From NCBI GenBank assembly GCA_041494685.1, contig JBGQBE010000011.1, positions 1 to 64,000 on the forward strand: 64,000 bases of DNA, read 5' to 3'. The notes under the pieces are model-generated. The model was given only the letters and a program-made list of their open reading frames with translations. It made no database searches and was not told where the DNA came from. This document shows, in pieces, positions 1 through 13,248 of this stretch (position 1 is the first letter of the stretch; every line of letters begins with the position of its first letter). A program made the position numbers and the translations under genes. The stretch is from Dehalococcoidia bacterium (lineage in GTDB: Bacteria; Chloroflexota; Dehalococcoidia; DSTF01; JACRBR01).

Positions 1-96
1 CCTTCGCGGACCAACGGCAGCGCCTGCGCGACGCGGGCGCGGCCATCCCGGAGGGGCGCAGCGAAGTCGCGAGCGGAAAGGGCTGACGGCATCGGC

Positions 97-927
97 GTGA
101 CATTCCGGCAGAAGCTTGACGCGGCGTGGGAGCGGAGCGGCAGCCTGCTCTGTATCGGCCTGGACCCGGACCCCGCGCGCATGGCCATCGACGACGTGGC
201 CGCCTTCAACATCGCCATCATCGAGGCCACGTCCGACCTCGTCTGCGCCTACAAGCCCAACGTCGCCTTCTACGAGGCGCTCGGCCCCGAGCGCGGCTAC
301 GAGGCGCTCCGCAAGACGCTGGCGGCCATCCCGCCGCACGTCATCACGCTGGTCGATGCGAAGCGCGGCGACGTCGAGCACACCGCGCGCGCCTATGCCC
401 ACGCCTTCTTCGACAACATGGGCTTCGACGCCGCCACCGTGAACGCGTACCTGGGCGAAGACTCCGTCACGCCCTGGATCGAGCGGGACGGCCACGGTGC
501 GTTCATCGTCTGCCGCACGTCGAACCCCGGCGCGCCCGACCTGCAGGACCTGCAGGTGCAGACGGCCGACGGCGCGCGCCCGCTGTACGAGGTGGTCGCC
601 GAGCGCGCGAAGGCGTGGGATACACACGGCAACGTCGGCCTGGTCGTCGGCGCCACCTACCCCGGCGAGATGCGCCGCCTCCGAGAGATCTGCCCCGAGA
701 TGCCCTTCCTCGTGCCCGGCATCGGCGCGCAGGGCGGCTCGCTGGCCGATGTCCTCCGCGCCGGCCTCGACGCCCGCGGCCTCGGCCTGCTGATCAGCGC
801 GTCGCGCGGCGTCACCTACGCGTCGCAGGGCGCCGACTTCGCGCAGGCCGCCCGCCGCGAAGCGCAGCGCCTGCACGGCGAGATCATCCGCGAACGCGAC
901 GCCGCTACCGCCGCCGCGGGAGGCTGA
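97..927 (+). CDS. pyrF: Orotidine-5'-phosphate decarboxylase
   Basis: LCIGLDP, YKPN, catalytic DAKRGD (DxKxxD), RTSNP, VVGAT and LVPGIGAQGG motifs. Confidence 0.95.
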   Translation: MTFRQKLDAAWERSGSLLCIGLDPDPARMAIDDVAAFNIAIIEATSDLVCAYKPNVAFYEALGPERGYEALRKTLAAIPPHVITLVDAKRGDVEHTARAYAHAFFDNMGFDAATVNAYLGEDSVTPWIERDGHGAFIVCRTSNPGAPDLQDLQVQTADGARPLYEVVAERAKAWDTHGNVGLVVGATYPGEMRRLREICPEMPFLVPGIGAQGGSLADVLRAGLDARGLGLLISASRGVTYASQGADFAQAARREAQRLHGEIIRERDAATAAAGG

Positions 928-929
928 CC

Positions 930-1169
930 GTGGCCGAGATCGTCGACTTCCGCATGGAGGATGTACTCCGCCTGCGCAAGCCGCATCCGTGCGGCAGCTA
1001 CGACTGGACCGTCGTGCGCCTCGGCGCAGACATCGGCATCAAGTGCCTGCAGTGCGGCCATCGCGTGCTGCTGGGCCGGCGCACGCTGGAGAAGCGGCTC
1101 AAGGCATTCGTCAGCCGCGGCCCAGAGCCCGACGCCGAGCGCATGCGGATCGCCCTGGAGCGGGACTGA
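930..1169 (+). CDS. DUF951-family small protein
   Basis: GTG at 930; LRKPHPCG...RLGADIGIKCLQCGHRVLL signature. Confidence 0.85.
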   Translation: MAEIVDFRMEDVLRLRKPHPCGSYDWTVVRLGADIGIKCLQCGHRVLLGRRTLEKRLKAFVSRGPEPDAERMRIALERD

Positions 1170-2497
1170 TGGCCCACGCGCGCACCGCCATGCTGCGGCT
1201 CTCGTCGCTGGTCGGCGAGCGCGCCCTCTTCGAGAACGACGCGTTCCGTAAGCTCTGGCTCGCCAAGCTGCTCTCGCACGTCCCCGTCAACGCCATGGTC
1301 TACACCATGCTGATCCTCGTCGTGAACGCGACCGGCCGCAGCTTCTTCAGCAGCCTCTTCGTCGTCGCCTACATCGCGCCTACCGCGCTCCTCGGCACGC
1401 TCTCCGGCGTTGTCGTCGACCGCATGCCGAAGGGACTCGTGCTTGCCGGCACGAACGCCGTCCGCGCCGGCCTCTGCGTGCTGCTGGCGATGTCCACCGG
1501 CAACATCGTCATGGTCTACCTGATCGCGGTCGCCTTCGCCGTCGGCTCGCAGCTTGCCGGCCCCGCCGAGGGCGCGGCGCTCCCGGCGATCGTGCCGCCC
1601 GGCGAGCTCACCGCGGCGAACTCGCTCAACAACCTCCAGGGGCTGCTCTCGCAGGTCGCCGGCCTTATGATCCTGCCGGCCGTCTTTCTCAAGACCGTCG
1701 GCCCCGAGGCGCTGGCGCTCGCCTGCGCCGCCATGTTCGCCTTCGCCGCGTTCAACTTCCTGCTGATCGAAGGCCTCGGCGGCGCGGTCAGCGAGCTGCC
1801 GTCGTCGGTCGAGGAGACGCGCGAGCGCTTCGCCGAGGCCTGGCACCGGCTCAGCATGGACTCCGTCTCCTACGTCGCGATCGTCATCGTCGTGCTGACC
1901 AACACCACCGGCCTCGTCGTGATGACGCTGCTGCCGCGCTTCGCCAACGGCGTCCTCGGCGTCAGCGCCGAGAACGTGATCTTCGTCGCTACGCCCGCGG
2001 TCGGCGGCGTCTGGCTCGCGCTCCGCTTCGTCGGCCGCGTCTCCGGGCGCGTCTCCCCCTGGTGGGGCATCGGCGCGCCGTTCGCCGCGATGCTGGTATT
2101 CCTGTTGCTGCTGGCGTTCGTCGGCCCGGCCGGCGATGGCCTGGCGGCCATGAATCCCGCCGGAATCTTCGATCCGGGCCCCTTCGGCGAGGGTGCGGCG
2201 CGTATTATGCTCTCGTCGGTGCTGGGCGCGGGGCTGGCGTTCGCCTTCACGTTCGTGAACATCGTGGGGAGGTCCATCGTCAACGCACGCATGCCGAGGG
2301 AGATGCAGGGGCGTGTGTTTGCCGGGCAGACCGTGCTCACCAACCTCGCGTCGATCCCGCCGATCCTGCTGACAGGTCTGCTGGCCGACGTGTTCGGCGT
2401 GGCGCCCGTCTTCTTCTGCATCGCGATCGTCTGCGCCTGGCTTGCCGCGTTCTACGCCGCCCGCAACCTTGCCATGCCCGCAAGGACGGCCTACTGA
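1169..2497 (+). CDS. MFS transporter
   Basis: ATG overlaps the upstream stop; about 12 hydrophobic segments; GVVVDRMPK motif A; MQGRVFA in the C-terminal half. Confidence 0.85.
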   Translation: MAHARTAMLRLSSLVGERALFENDAFRKLWLAKLLSHVPVNAMVYTMLILVVNATGRSFFSSLFVVAYIAPTALLGTLSGVVVDRMPKGLVLAGTNAVRAGLCVLLAMSTGNIVMVYLIAVAFAVGSQLAGPAEGAALPAIVPPGELTAANSLNNLQGLLSQVAGLMILPAVFLKTVGPEALALACAAMFAFAAFNFLLIEGLGGAVSELPSSVEETRERFAEAWHRLSMDSVSYVAIVIVVLTNTTGLVVMTLLPRFANGVLGVSAENVIFVATPAVGGVWLALRFVGRVSGRVSPWWGIGAPFAAMLVFLLLLAFVGPAGDGLAAMNPAGIFDPGPFGEGAARIMLSSVLGAGLAFAFTFVNIVGRSIVNARMPREMQGRVFAGQTVLTNLASIPPILLTGLLADVFGVAPVFFCIAIVCAWLAAFYAARNLAMPARTAY

Positions 2498-3870
2498 TGG
2501 TGGTCGAGACGCGCCCCGTCCATCACGTGCCGCCGCCCAGGCCGCGCTCGGTCTTCTCCAACCGCAGCTTCCTCCTGCTCTGGCTCGCGCAGTTCATCTC
2601 GCAGTCCGCGCAGAACGCCATCCTCTTCACGCTGCTCGTGCTCGTCACCAAGCTCACCAGGGGCTCGACGTTCACCTCCATCCTCGTCCTGTCGTTCGTC
2701 GTGCCGTCCGTCGTCTTCGGCATCTTCTCCGGCGTCATCGTCGATCTCTGGAGCAAGCGGCTGCTGCTCATCTACACCAACGTCGTCCGCATGCTGCTCG
2801 CCATCGCCTTCCTCTTCTCGCGCGATAGCGTCACGCTGCTGATCCTGATCAGCATCTTCTTCGCCACCTCCAGCCAGTTCTTCGGTACCACGGACGCCGT
2901 CACCGTCCCATCCGTCGTGCCGAAGGACCAGCTCATGGCGGCCAACAGCATGTTCAGCATGGCCGTCACCGGATCGCAGCTCGCCGGCATGATCTTCCTG
3001 GCGCCGATCCTCCTGCCCACGCTCGGCGCCGTCTGGCTCTTCGTCATCGCGTCGGTCATGTTCGGCGTGGCCGTGCTGTGCGCCTACCTGATGCCGCCCA
3101 TCCATCACGAAGACGACGCGCCCGATCGATCGTGGCCGACGTTCCGCGAGTTGCGCGACGCGGCCGGCGACTACGCGCACACTATCCGCACGCTCCGCAA
3201 GGACCCGGTGTCCGTCCTCGCGCTCATCCACTACGCCACTGGCAGCTCCCTCGTGCTGCTCTTCGCCGTGCTCGTCCCGTTCTACATGCAGTCCGTCCTG
3301 CAAATATCACCCGACAAGGCCGTCACCATCTTCGCGCCCGTCGGCGTCGGCGCGATCGTCGGCCTGCGCGCGCTGCCGTACATCGCCGCGAAGTTCGGCA
3401 AGAGCCGCACCGTCATCATCGGCATGTGCGGACTCGCCCTCTGCGTGCTCGCGCTCGGCCTGATCGAGCCCATCTCGCGCTCGCTCCAAGGCACATCGCT
3501 CGACCCGTTCGCCCAGCAGCGCGCGGGCGGCCTCTCCGTGCTCGTCTTGCTGACGATGGCGTTCGCCGGCCCGCTTGGATTCACCTACGCGCTGGTCAAC
3601 GCCCCCGCGCAGACCGTGCTCCACGAGCGCGCGCCCGCCGAACTGCGCGGCCGCGTCTTCGCCGCCCAGATCGTGCTGGCGAACGCCGTAGGTGTACTCC
3701 CGCTTATCGTCGCGGGCTCCGTGGCCGATATCTTTGGTGTGAGCCCGGTGCTCTTCGCGATCGCCGTCGCCATGGGCGCGATCGCGGGGTTCAGCATCTA
3801 TCTGGAGGCCAGGTGGTCCGTATCCGGCCGGCCGCCGCCCGCAAACGCCCTCAATGGGACGGAGCTGTGA
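2497..3870 (+). CDS. MFS transporter (tandem paralogue)
   Basis: TGATG coupling; FLLLWLAQFISQ, GVIVDLWSKR and LRGRVFA motifs. Confidence 0.85.
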   Translation: MVVETRPVHHVPPPRPRSVFSNRSFLLLWLAQFISQSAQNAILFTLLVLVTKLTRGSTFTSILVLSFVVPSVVFGIFSGVIVDLWSKRLLLIYTNVVRMLLAIAFLFSRDSVTLLILISIFFATSSQFFGTTDAVTVPSVVPKDQLMAANSMFSMAVTGSQLAGMIFLAPILLPTLGAVWLFVIASVMFGVAVLCAYLMPPIHHEDDAPDRSWPTFRELRDAAGDYAHTIRTLRKDPVSVLALIHYATGSSLVLLFAVLVPFYMQSVLQISPDKAVTIFAPVGVGAIVGLRALPYIAAKFGKSRTVIIGMCGLALCVLALGLIEPISRSLQGTSLDPFAQQRAGGLSVLVLLTMAFAGPLGFTYALVNAPAQTVLHERAPAELRGRVFAAQIVLANAVGVLPLIVAGSVADIFGVSPVLFAIAVAMGAIAGFSIYLEARWSVSGRPPPANALNGTEL

Positions 3871-3877
3871 TCCACAG

Positions 3878-3921
3878 CGCACATGTGTTCGTTGACTTCC
3901 CGAGCGGGCCGTGTCTAGACT
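3878..3921 (+). promoter_or_regulatory. sigma70-type promoter with an adjacent LexA(Cheo)-like box
   Basis: CGCAC-ATGT-GTTCG (3878-3891) abuts TTGACT (3892-3897), N18, TAGACT (3916-3921). Confidence 0.45.
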
Positions 3922-3949
3922 TGATCGTTCGGATGGAGGTTGTGGCGGC

Positions 3950-4477
3950 TTGATTGAGATGACGATCGAAAGCATCAGGGTAAGCCTGATGAACTACCAG
4001 CGGGTGGTCATCCTCAAGGAGAAAACGTCCGATCGCTATCTCCCCATCTGGATCGGCCCCGCCGAAGCCGACGCCATCGCCGTCCAGCTCCAGGACGTCT
4101 CCGTCGCCCGCCCCCTTACCCACGACCTCCTTCGCTCCGTCATCGACACCCTTGGCGCCGTTGTCAACCACGTGCTGGTCAACGACCTCTCCAACGACAC
4201 CTTTTACGCCCGCATCGTGCTGGACGTGAACGGCGGCTCGATGGAGATCGACTCGCGTCCGAGCGATGCCATCGCCCTCGCCGTCCGCGCCAAGGTGCCG
4301 ATCTTCGCCGACGAGCAGGTGCTCGACAAGGCCGGCGTCCAGCTCGATGAGGAAGGCAAGGGCGTCGGCTCCGGCGACCGCGCCAAGGTCGACCCCGAGG
4401 AGCTCGAGAAGATGTCCGCGTTCAAGGACTTCATCGAGAGCCTCGACCTCGACGACTTCGACAAGCGCAAGAGCTAG
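3950..4477 (+). CDS. Bifunctional nuclease family protein (DUF151)
   Basis: TTG after GGAGG; LPIWIGPAEADAI, RPLTHDL and IDSRPSDAIALA motifs. Confidence 0.92.
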   Translation: MIEMTIESIRVSLMNYQRVVILKEKTSDRYLPIWIGPAEADAIAVQLQDVSVARPLTHDLLRSVIDTLGAVVNHVLVNDLSNDTFYARIVLDVNGGSMEIDSRPSDAIALAVRAKVPIFADEQVLDKAGVQLDEEGKGVGSGDRAKVDPEELEKMSAFKDFIESLDLDDFDKRKS

Positions 4478-4705
4478 TAGCGGTTAGCCGTTAGTAACAT
4501 CCTGCCCCCGGCCTAACCAAGCTCAGTGGGGAAGTTCCCGCCGCCCTACGCAGACTCGATCGTCCCTTCGCGCGCCGGGAAGGGATAAGAGGGTGAGGTT
4601 CCCTCAACTGCCAACTACGAACTACCGACCACCGCCTACCAACACCCCCTTGTATGAGCCCCTGCCAATGCGCATACTTGACCGGCCCGCAGCAGGGCGA
4701 TCCGT

Positions 4706-4758
4706 TCGTGCAGAAATTCACTATTGATCGCCCCGCCTGCTCGTGATAGGATTCGCAA
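4706..4758 (+). promoter_or_regulatory. atp operon promoter flanked by two Rex-like operators
   Basis: TTGATC (4724-4729), N17, TAGGAT (4747-4752) with TGn; TCGTGCA-N4-TTCACTA (4706-4723) and TCGTGAT-N4-TTCGCAA (4741-4758) resemble TTGTGAA-N4-TTCACAA. Confidence 0.55.
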
Positions 4759-4779
4759 AGTCTCGGGAGGGCGTCGATT

Positions 4780-5028
4780 GTGCAGCGCCTTGGCCCGGTT
4801 TCTCAGTTGTTGGGGCTCGGTTCCTATCTCGCCACCTGCATTGCCGGCGGCCCGATCGTAGGGTATTTCGTCGACCGATGGCTTGATACCGCGCCCGCGT
4901 TCACGTTAATTGGCTTAGCTCTCGGACTAATCACGGCGTTCGTAGGCTCATACAGGATGATCACGGAGACGCTCCGCGGCATGGAGCGCGAAGCTGCCGC
5001 TCGGCAGAAGGCGACGAAGAAGAAGTAG
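4780..5028 (+). CDS. AtpZ/AtpI-family ATP synthase accessory protein
   Basis: Two-TM protein with GYFVDRWLDTAP motif; first gene of the atp operon. Confidence 0.85.
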   Translation: MQRLGPVSQLLGLGSYLATCIAGGPIVGYFVDRWLDTAPAFTLIGLALGLITAFVGSYRMITETLRGMEREAAARQKATKKK

Positions 5029-5029
5029 C

Positions 5030-6331
5030 TTGAAACCCAAGGGCATTCTCATCGCCGTAGGCGTGCTTATCGTCGTGTTCGCGGGCTTCTGGTTCGTCCG
5101 TGGACCCAAACCCATTATCGAGATCAAGGGCGAAGCCCTCATCACGTGGGGCGACTACGGTGACTTCCTGACGCCGAAGCTTCTCAACACCACCTTGAGC
5201 GGCGTCGTCGCCTCCGTCGTCATCATCATCGTCGCGCTCGTTGCGACGCGTAACCTCAGCCTCATGCCTGGCGGATTACAGAACGCCCTGGAGGCCGTGT
5301 TCGAGGCACTCTACAACCTCTGCGTCCAAATGGCCGGTGAGAAAAACGCCCGCCGCTTCTTTCCCGTCGCCTTCACGCTCTTCGTCTTCATTTGGACGGC
5401 GAACTGGCTGTCGTTGACGCCGTTCTTCAATTCGTTCGGGGCGATCGAACACGTCAACGCCGAGGAGTTTCACAAGGAAGCACACGTCATCACGCAGAAA
5501 AGCGGCGTCGGCTTCATTTTTCCGTTCACCCTGGGCGCTGACAGCCCGTCCGTGAAGTTCACGGTTGATGAAGCCGAAGTGACAAAGATCGACAGCGAGA
5601 TCACCGCGGCCACGGCTGCCGGTGCCGCGCCGGCAGCCGTGGCCGAACTCAACGCGCAGCGCGCTGAAGCCCTGCTGAAGGCCCGCGAGGAAGCCGTCGC
5701 TGCCGCGCTCCCGAAGGCGGCTGGCCTGCACCTCGACTACAGCTCGTGTACCGCCGCGACCAGCGGCGCCGCGCCCTCCGAAGCCTCGATCGATAGCTGC
5801 AAGCGCGCGATCAACCTGGAGCACGCCGACGAGGCCGCTGCGAAGATGAAGGCTGACGGCAAGGAGCTCGGCATCATCGCGCCGTACTTCCGCAGCTTCA
5901 ATACTGACCTGAACTCGCCGCTCTCGCTCGCGATCGTCTCCGTTTGCTTCATCGAGTTCTGGGGCATCACCGCCCTCGGGTTGTTCAAGTACGGCGGTAA
6001 GTTCATCCGCAACCCCCTCACGGATCCGATTGGCGCGTTCGTGGGGTTCCTCGAGGGTATCGCTGAAGTCGCGCGTCTTATCAGCTTCACATTCCGTCTA
6101 TTTGGCAACATGCTGGCCGGCGAGATCCTGTTACTGGTGATGACGTTTCTCACTCCGTTTCTCGTGGCGCTGCCGTTCTACGGTCTGGAAGTCTTCGTCG
6201 GCATGATCCAGGGCTTCGTCTTCTTCGCCCTCACGGTCGCCTTCGGCGCGCTCGCCGTGGCGTCTCACGACGCGCACGAAGAAGGCCACGCCGAGGACGG
6301 CGCTCATGCAGAACTCGTGGCGGCGAAATAG
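5030..6331 (+). CDS. atpB: F0F1 ATP synthase subunit a, with a large loop insertion
   Basis: PGGLQNALE, NWLSL, essential Arg in FRLFGNMLAGE, LEVFVGMIQGFVF. Confidence 0.93.
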   Translation: MKPKGILIAVGVLIVVFAGFWFVRGPKPIIEIKGEALITWGDYGDFLTPKLLNTTLSGVVASVVIIIVALVATRNLSLMPGGLQNALEAVFEALYNLCVQMAGEKNARRFFPVAFTLFVFIWTANWLSLTPFFNSFGAIEHVNAEEFHKEAHVITQKSGVGFIFPFTLGADSPSVKFTVDEAEVTKIDSEITAATAAGAAPAAVAELNAQRAEALLKAREEAVAAALPKAAGLHLDYSSCTAATSGAAPSEASIDSCKRAINLEHADEAAAKMKADGKELGIIAPYFRSFNTDLNSPLSLAIVSVCFIEFWGITALGLFKYGGKFIRNPLTDPIGAFVGFLEGIAEVARLISFTFRLFGNMLAGEILLLVMTFLTPFLVALPFYGLEVFVGMIQGFVFFALTVAFGALAVASHDAHEEGHAEDGAHAELVAAK

Positions 6332-6442
6332 CAGGTCATACACCGTGCGGTGCACGGAGGGTTGAACTACCGACGCCCGGATGGGGCAAGAAGAACGGAA
6401 GGCACGACGCTGGCGTGCCGCGTGTGAAGGAGGAGTCCTGCC

Positions 6443-6706
6443 TTGGAACTGTCAATGTTGTTGCCGCTGCTCGCATTCACGGACGCCGGACTGAAGTACA
6501 TCGGCGCTGGTATCGCTATCGGTTTGGGAAGTATTGCCCCCGGCTTGGCGATCGGCATGATGGCCGCCAAGGCCATGGAAGCTATCGGTCGTAACCCCGA
6601 GGCGCAGCCGCAGGTGCAAAGCTCGATGATCCTCGCGATTGTGTTCGCCGAGGCCATCGCCATCTATGCTCTGGTCGTGGCGATCATGATCGGCTTCATT
6701 TTCTAG
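6443..6706 (+). CDS. atpE: F0F1 ATP synthase subunit c (H+-type)
   Basis: GRNPEA loop; ion-binding Glu in FAEAIAIY; no Q...ES/T Na+ signature. Confidence 0.95.
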   Translation: MELSMLLPLLAFTDAGLKYIGAGIAIGLGSIAPGLAIGMMAAKAMEAIGRNPEAQPQVQSSMILAIVFAEAIAIYALVVAIMIGFIF

Positions 6707-6771
6707 CGCCGCGTGTTCTAGGCCTCAGGCGCCGCCCGACGCGACGCCTGTGGAGCGGCTGGAGGTAGGCC

Positions 6772-7287
6772 ATGATCATCCTCGGAATCGCGGATCTGGG
6801 CATCAACGTTCCGGTCCTCATCGCGAACATCGTCAACTTCACGGTGCTCCTCATCGTGCTGCGGATGTTTGCCTGGGGCCCGCTGACGAAGATGCTCGAC
6901 GAGCGCCGCGAGCGAATCCGCGAGAGCCTCGCCGCGGCCGAGCAGGCAAAGGCGCAGGTCGCCAACTCCGAGCGCCAGGTCCAGGAGCAGGTCGAAGCCG
7001 GCCGCCGCGACGCGCAGAACCTGATCGCCCAGGCGCAGGAGATCTCCGCCCGCATCCAGGCCGATGCCCGGACCCAGGCGCAGGCCGACGCCGAAGCGCT
7101 CATCTCCCGCGCCCGTTCCGAGATCCAGCTCGAACGCGACACCGCCATCGCCGACCTCCGCAAGGAGTTCGCCGACGTGACGATCGCCGCGGCCGAGAAG
7201 GTCGTCAACTCGTCGCTCGACCGCACCGCCCACCGCCGGCTCATCGATGAAGCGCTCGCCGAGTCGAACTTCAGGGAGAAGAACTAG
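6772..7287 (+). CDS. atpF: F0F1 ATP synthase subunit b
   Basis: N-terminal TM (NIVNFTVLL), MLDERRERI, long coiled coil. Confidence 0.95.
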   Translation: MIILGIADLGINVPVLIANIVNFTVLLIVLRMFAWGPLTKMLDERRERIRESLAAAEQAKAQVANSERQVQEQVEAGRRDAQNLIAQAQEISARIQADARTQAQADAEALISRARSEIQLERDTAIADLRKEFADVTIAAAEKVVNSSLDRTAHRRLIDEALAESNFREKN

Positions 7288-9367
<2,080 letters not shown>

Positions 9368-9413
9368 GCCGAGAACAACGACGGACTACGAACTAAGGAC
9401 TTAGAACTAAGAG

Positions 9414-10277
9414 ATGGCATCAATCAGGCAGATCCGGCGGCGCGTCCGCTCCGTGACCTCCATCGCCAAGGTGACCAAGGCGATGGAGCTGGTCGCCGGC
9501 TCGAAGATGCGCCGCTCGCAGAGCCGCGCGCTGCAGGCGCGGCCCTACGCCGAGAAGATGATGGAGATCCTGGGCGACCTCGCGAAGCAGCGCGGCGAGT
9601 CCGAAGAGAGCCACCCCTACCTGGTCGCGCGCCCCGTGAAGAACTCGCTCGTGCTCTTCCTCGGCCCCAACCGCGGCCTCGCCGGCGGCCTCCCGTCGAA
9701 CATGGCGCGCCGCGCCGCCTCCTTCGCGCTCGAGCAGGAGACGCCCGTCAGCTTCGTCACCGTCGGCCGCAAGGGCCGCGACTTCGTCGTGCGCGCCGGC
9801 CAGCCGCTCGTCGCCGACTTCACCATGCCCGACTACCCGGACCTCTCCGATACGCTCCAGGTCACGCGCCTGGTCGTCGACGAGTACATGTCGGAGCGCG
9901 TGGACCGCGTCTTCCTGCTCTATCCGCGGTTCGTGAACACCGCCGTCCAGGTACCGACCGTGCGCCAGATCCTGCCGATCGAGCCGCCGTCGATGGCGGA
10001 CGTCACGCCCGAGGACGTGGACTACATCTACGAGCCGAGCATCGCGGGCGTCTTCGAGCAGCTGTTGCCGCGCTACATCGAGATGACGGTCTACGCCGCC
10101 ATCCTCGAGACGGAAGCCAGCGAGCTCTCCGCCCGCATGGTCGCCATGCGCAACGCGACGGACGCGGCGAAAGAGATGATCGAGACGCTGACCCTGGTCT
10201 ACAACAAGGCGCGCCAGGAACAGATCACGAAGGAACTGCTCGACATCGTGGGTGGTGTCGAAGCCATGAACGCGTAA
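9414..10277 (+). CDS. atpG: F1 gamma subunit
   Basis: KVTKAMELVA, SELSARMVAMRNATD, YNKARQEQITKELLDI. Confidence 0.97.
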   Translation: MASIRQIRRRVRSVTSIAKVTKAMELVAGSKMRRSQSRALQARPYAEKMMEILGDLAKQRGESEESHPYLVARPVKNSLVLFLGPNRGLAGGLPSNMARRAASFALEQETPVSFVTVGRKGRDFVVRAGQPLVADFTMPDYPDLSDTLQVTRLVVDEYMSERVDRVFLLYPRFVNTAVQVPTVRQILPIEPPSMADVTPEDVDYIYEPSIAGVFEQLLPRYIEMTVYAAILETEASELSARMVAMRNATDAAKEMIETLTLVYNKARQEQITKELLDIVGGVEAMNA

Positions 10278-10292
10278 GCGAGCGGGATAGCC

Positions 10293-10318
10293 GTAGGGAC
10301 AGGTCTTCAGACCTGTCC
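10293..10318 (+). repeat. GTAG-family REP-like palindrome
   Basis: GTAG-GGACAGGTC-TTCA-GACCTGTCC; 21 bp (10291-10311) are identical at 12347-12367. Confidence 0.7.
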
Positions 10319-10347
10319 GCCCGCGGAAACAACCGCTGACCGGCTAA

Positions 10348-11784
<1,437 letters not shown>

Positions 11785-11822
11785 TAAGTGATAGGTTCTA
11801 GTTCTAGGTTCTAGGTTCTACC

Positions 11823-12251
11823 GTGCCACTAACAGTCGAAATCGTCACCGTCGAACGCGTGCTCCTCACCGAAGAGGGTGTCGATGAGGTGATCGCGCCC
11901 GGCGTCGAGGGCCAGCTCGCCGTGCTGCCGCAGCACGCCGCCTTCATGACCATGCTCGCGCCCGGCGAGCTGGTGCTGAAGAAGGGCGGCAACGAGATCC
12001 CCTTCGCCGTCACCGGCGGCTTCTTCGAGGTGCTGCGCAACAAGGTCGTCGTGCTGGCTGACGCCGCCGAGCGCGCCGACGAGATCGACGTCGTCCGCGC
12101 CGAGCAGGCGCGCGAGCGCGCTCGCCTGGCGATCGAGCGCCGCGAGAGCACCGAGGACATCGCGATGGCGCAGGCCGCCCTCCAGCGCGCCCTCATCCGC
12201 CTCCGTGTCGTCGAGAACCGCCGCCGCCGCATCGGCGCCGTCCGCCGCTAA
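11823..12251 (+). CDS. atpC: F1 epsilon subunit
   Basis: PGVEGQLAVLPQHA, GGFFEV, C-terminal helices. Confidence 0.95.
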   Translation: MPLTVEIVTVERVLLTEEGVDEVIAPGVEGQLAVLPQHAAFMTMLAPGELVLKKGGNEIPFAVTGGFFEVLRNKVVVLADAAERADEIDVVRAEQARERARLAIERRESTEDIAMAQAALQRALIRLRVVENRRRRIGAVRR

Positions 12252-12275
12252 CACCCGCGCGCATCAGCAAGCCAG

Positions 12276-12308
12276 AACGCCCGCGAACCCCGCGGGCGTT
12301 TTCTTTTT
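12276..12308 (+). terminator. Rho-independent terminator of the atp operon
   Basis: AACGCCCGCG-AACCC-CGCGGGCGTT followed by TTCTTTTT. Confidence 0.85.
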
Positions 12309-12472
12309 CGACCCGTAATCGTGCGATGCGCGCCGCGCGCCCGTTTCCGTAGGGACAGGTCTTCAGAGGGAATGGTACCTTTTGCACACCTCGGAGGACC
12401 TGTCATGCTAACGCCTACCAGAAACGGCCTACATGGGCCGTGGCTAGGTGTCCGGGTATCAGGAGCCGACCT

Positions 12473-13090
12473 ATGGACGCTGCCCTCTCTCCATTGGGCG
12501 CGGCGATCGCCACTATCGTCGTGCTACTTATCGCTTGGGGGTTTCTCCCCCAATTGGTCAGCGGCGCAGTCAAGGCCGGCGCTCGCGTGATCTTCAACAT
12601 TCACGACGATCCAAACATCGAGTTCGGTTCTATCCGTCCAGACCTTGAGAATGGATGGACGCCTTATAACACCCTGTATCACGTCGAATGCGTAAATCGC
12701 CCACTCAGCGGTTGGCGGCGAAGGTTTTCCCGCACGAACGATGCGATGGGATGTCGCGCGACGATCGAGGCCGCACCATCATCGGGGCCAGGTGCGACGC
12801 TCCGCGATGACGCGATCTTCACCTTGGGGGCGACCAGCGACGTGATCGCGACGCTGTACGTCGATAAGCCGGTGTGGATACCTGTCTATTGGATAGCGCC
12901 TACCAGTGGATCACAGACCCCGCCCGGGCCCGCAGCGGAGCAGGGTTACTACATGGCGGGCGCTGGATTCATGGTGAACCGCCGTTGGTTCAAGCATCGA
13001 CTCCCACCGAATACATATCGCATGAAGGTTGGGGTGATCTGGAACCAAGAGCCATTTCTTTACGAATTTGAATTGGCGGTGCCGTTCTGA
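12473..13090 (+). CDS. Hypothetical protein with an N-terminal TM helix (lower-GC insert)
   Basis: AGGAG RBS, ATG at 12473, atypical codon usage. Confidence 0.55.
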   Translation: MDAALSPLGAAIATIVVLLIAWGFLPQLVSGAVKAGARVIFNIHDDPNIEFGSIRPDLENGWTPYNTLYHVECVNRPLSGWRRRFSRTNDAMGCRATIEAAPSSGPGATLRDDAIFTLGATSDVIATLYVDKPVWIPVYWIAPTSGSQTPPGPAAEQGYYMAGAGFMVNRRWFKHRLPPNTYRMKVGVIWNQEPFLYEFELAVPF

Positions 13091-13248
13091 TGTTGGCCAG
13101 CGAAGGGACAGACTGGAAGCGATGGCAGATGCAAAGAAACCCCGCGCAAAGCCGCTCGCGCGCTACCGCATGTCCTTCGAGGAAGCGGTAGGCCGCGCAA
13201 TCGAAGCGGGGCCGTACCTACACAACTCCCAGTCCCCCAGCTCCCAGC

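Noticed and set aside
1..86. Possible 3' end of an upstream CDS (frame 3, stop at 84-86)
   Set aside because: Too short to assign
6443..6706. Na+-coupled ATP synthase or Na+ riboswitch
   Set aside because: Subunit c lacks the Q...ES/T signature and no such RNA motif was recognised upstream
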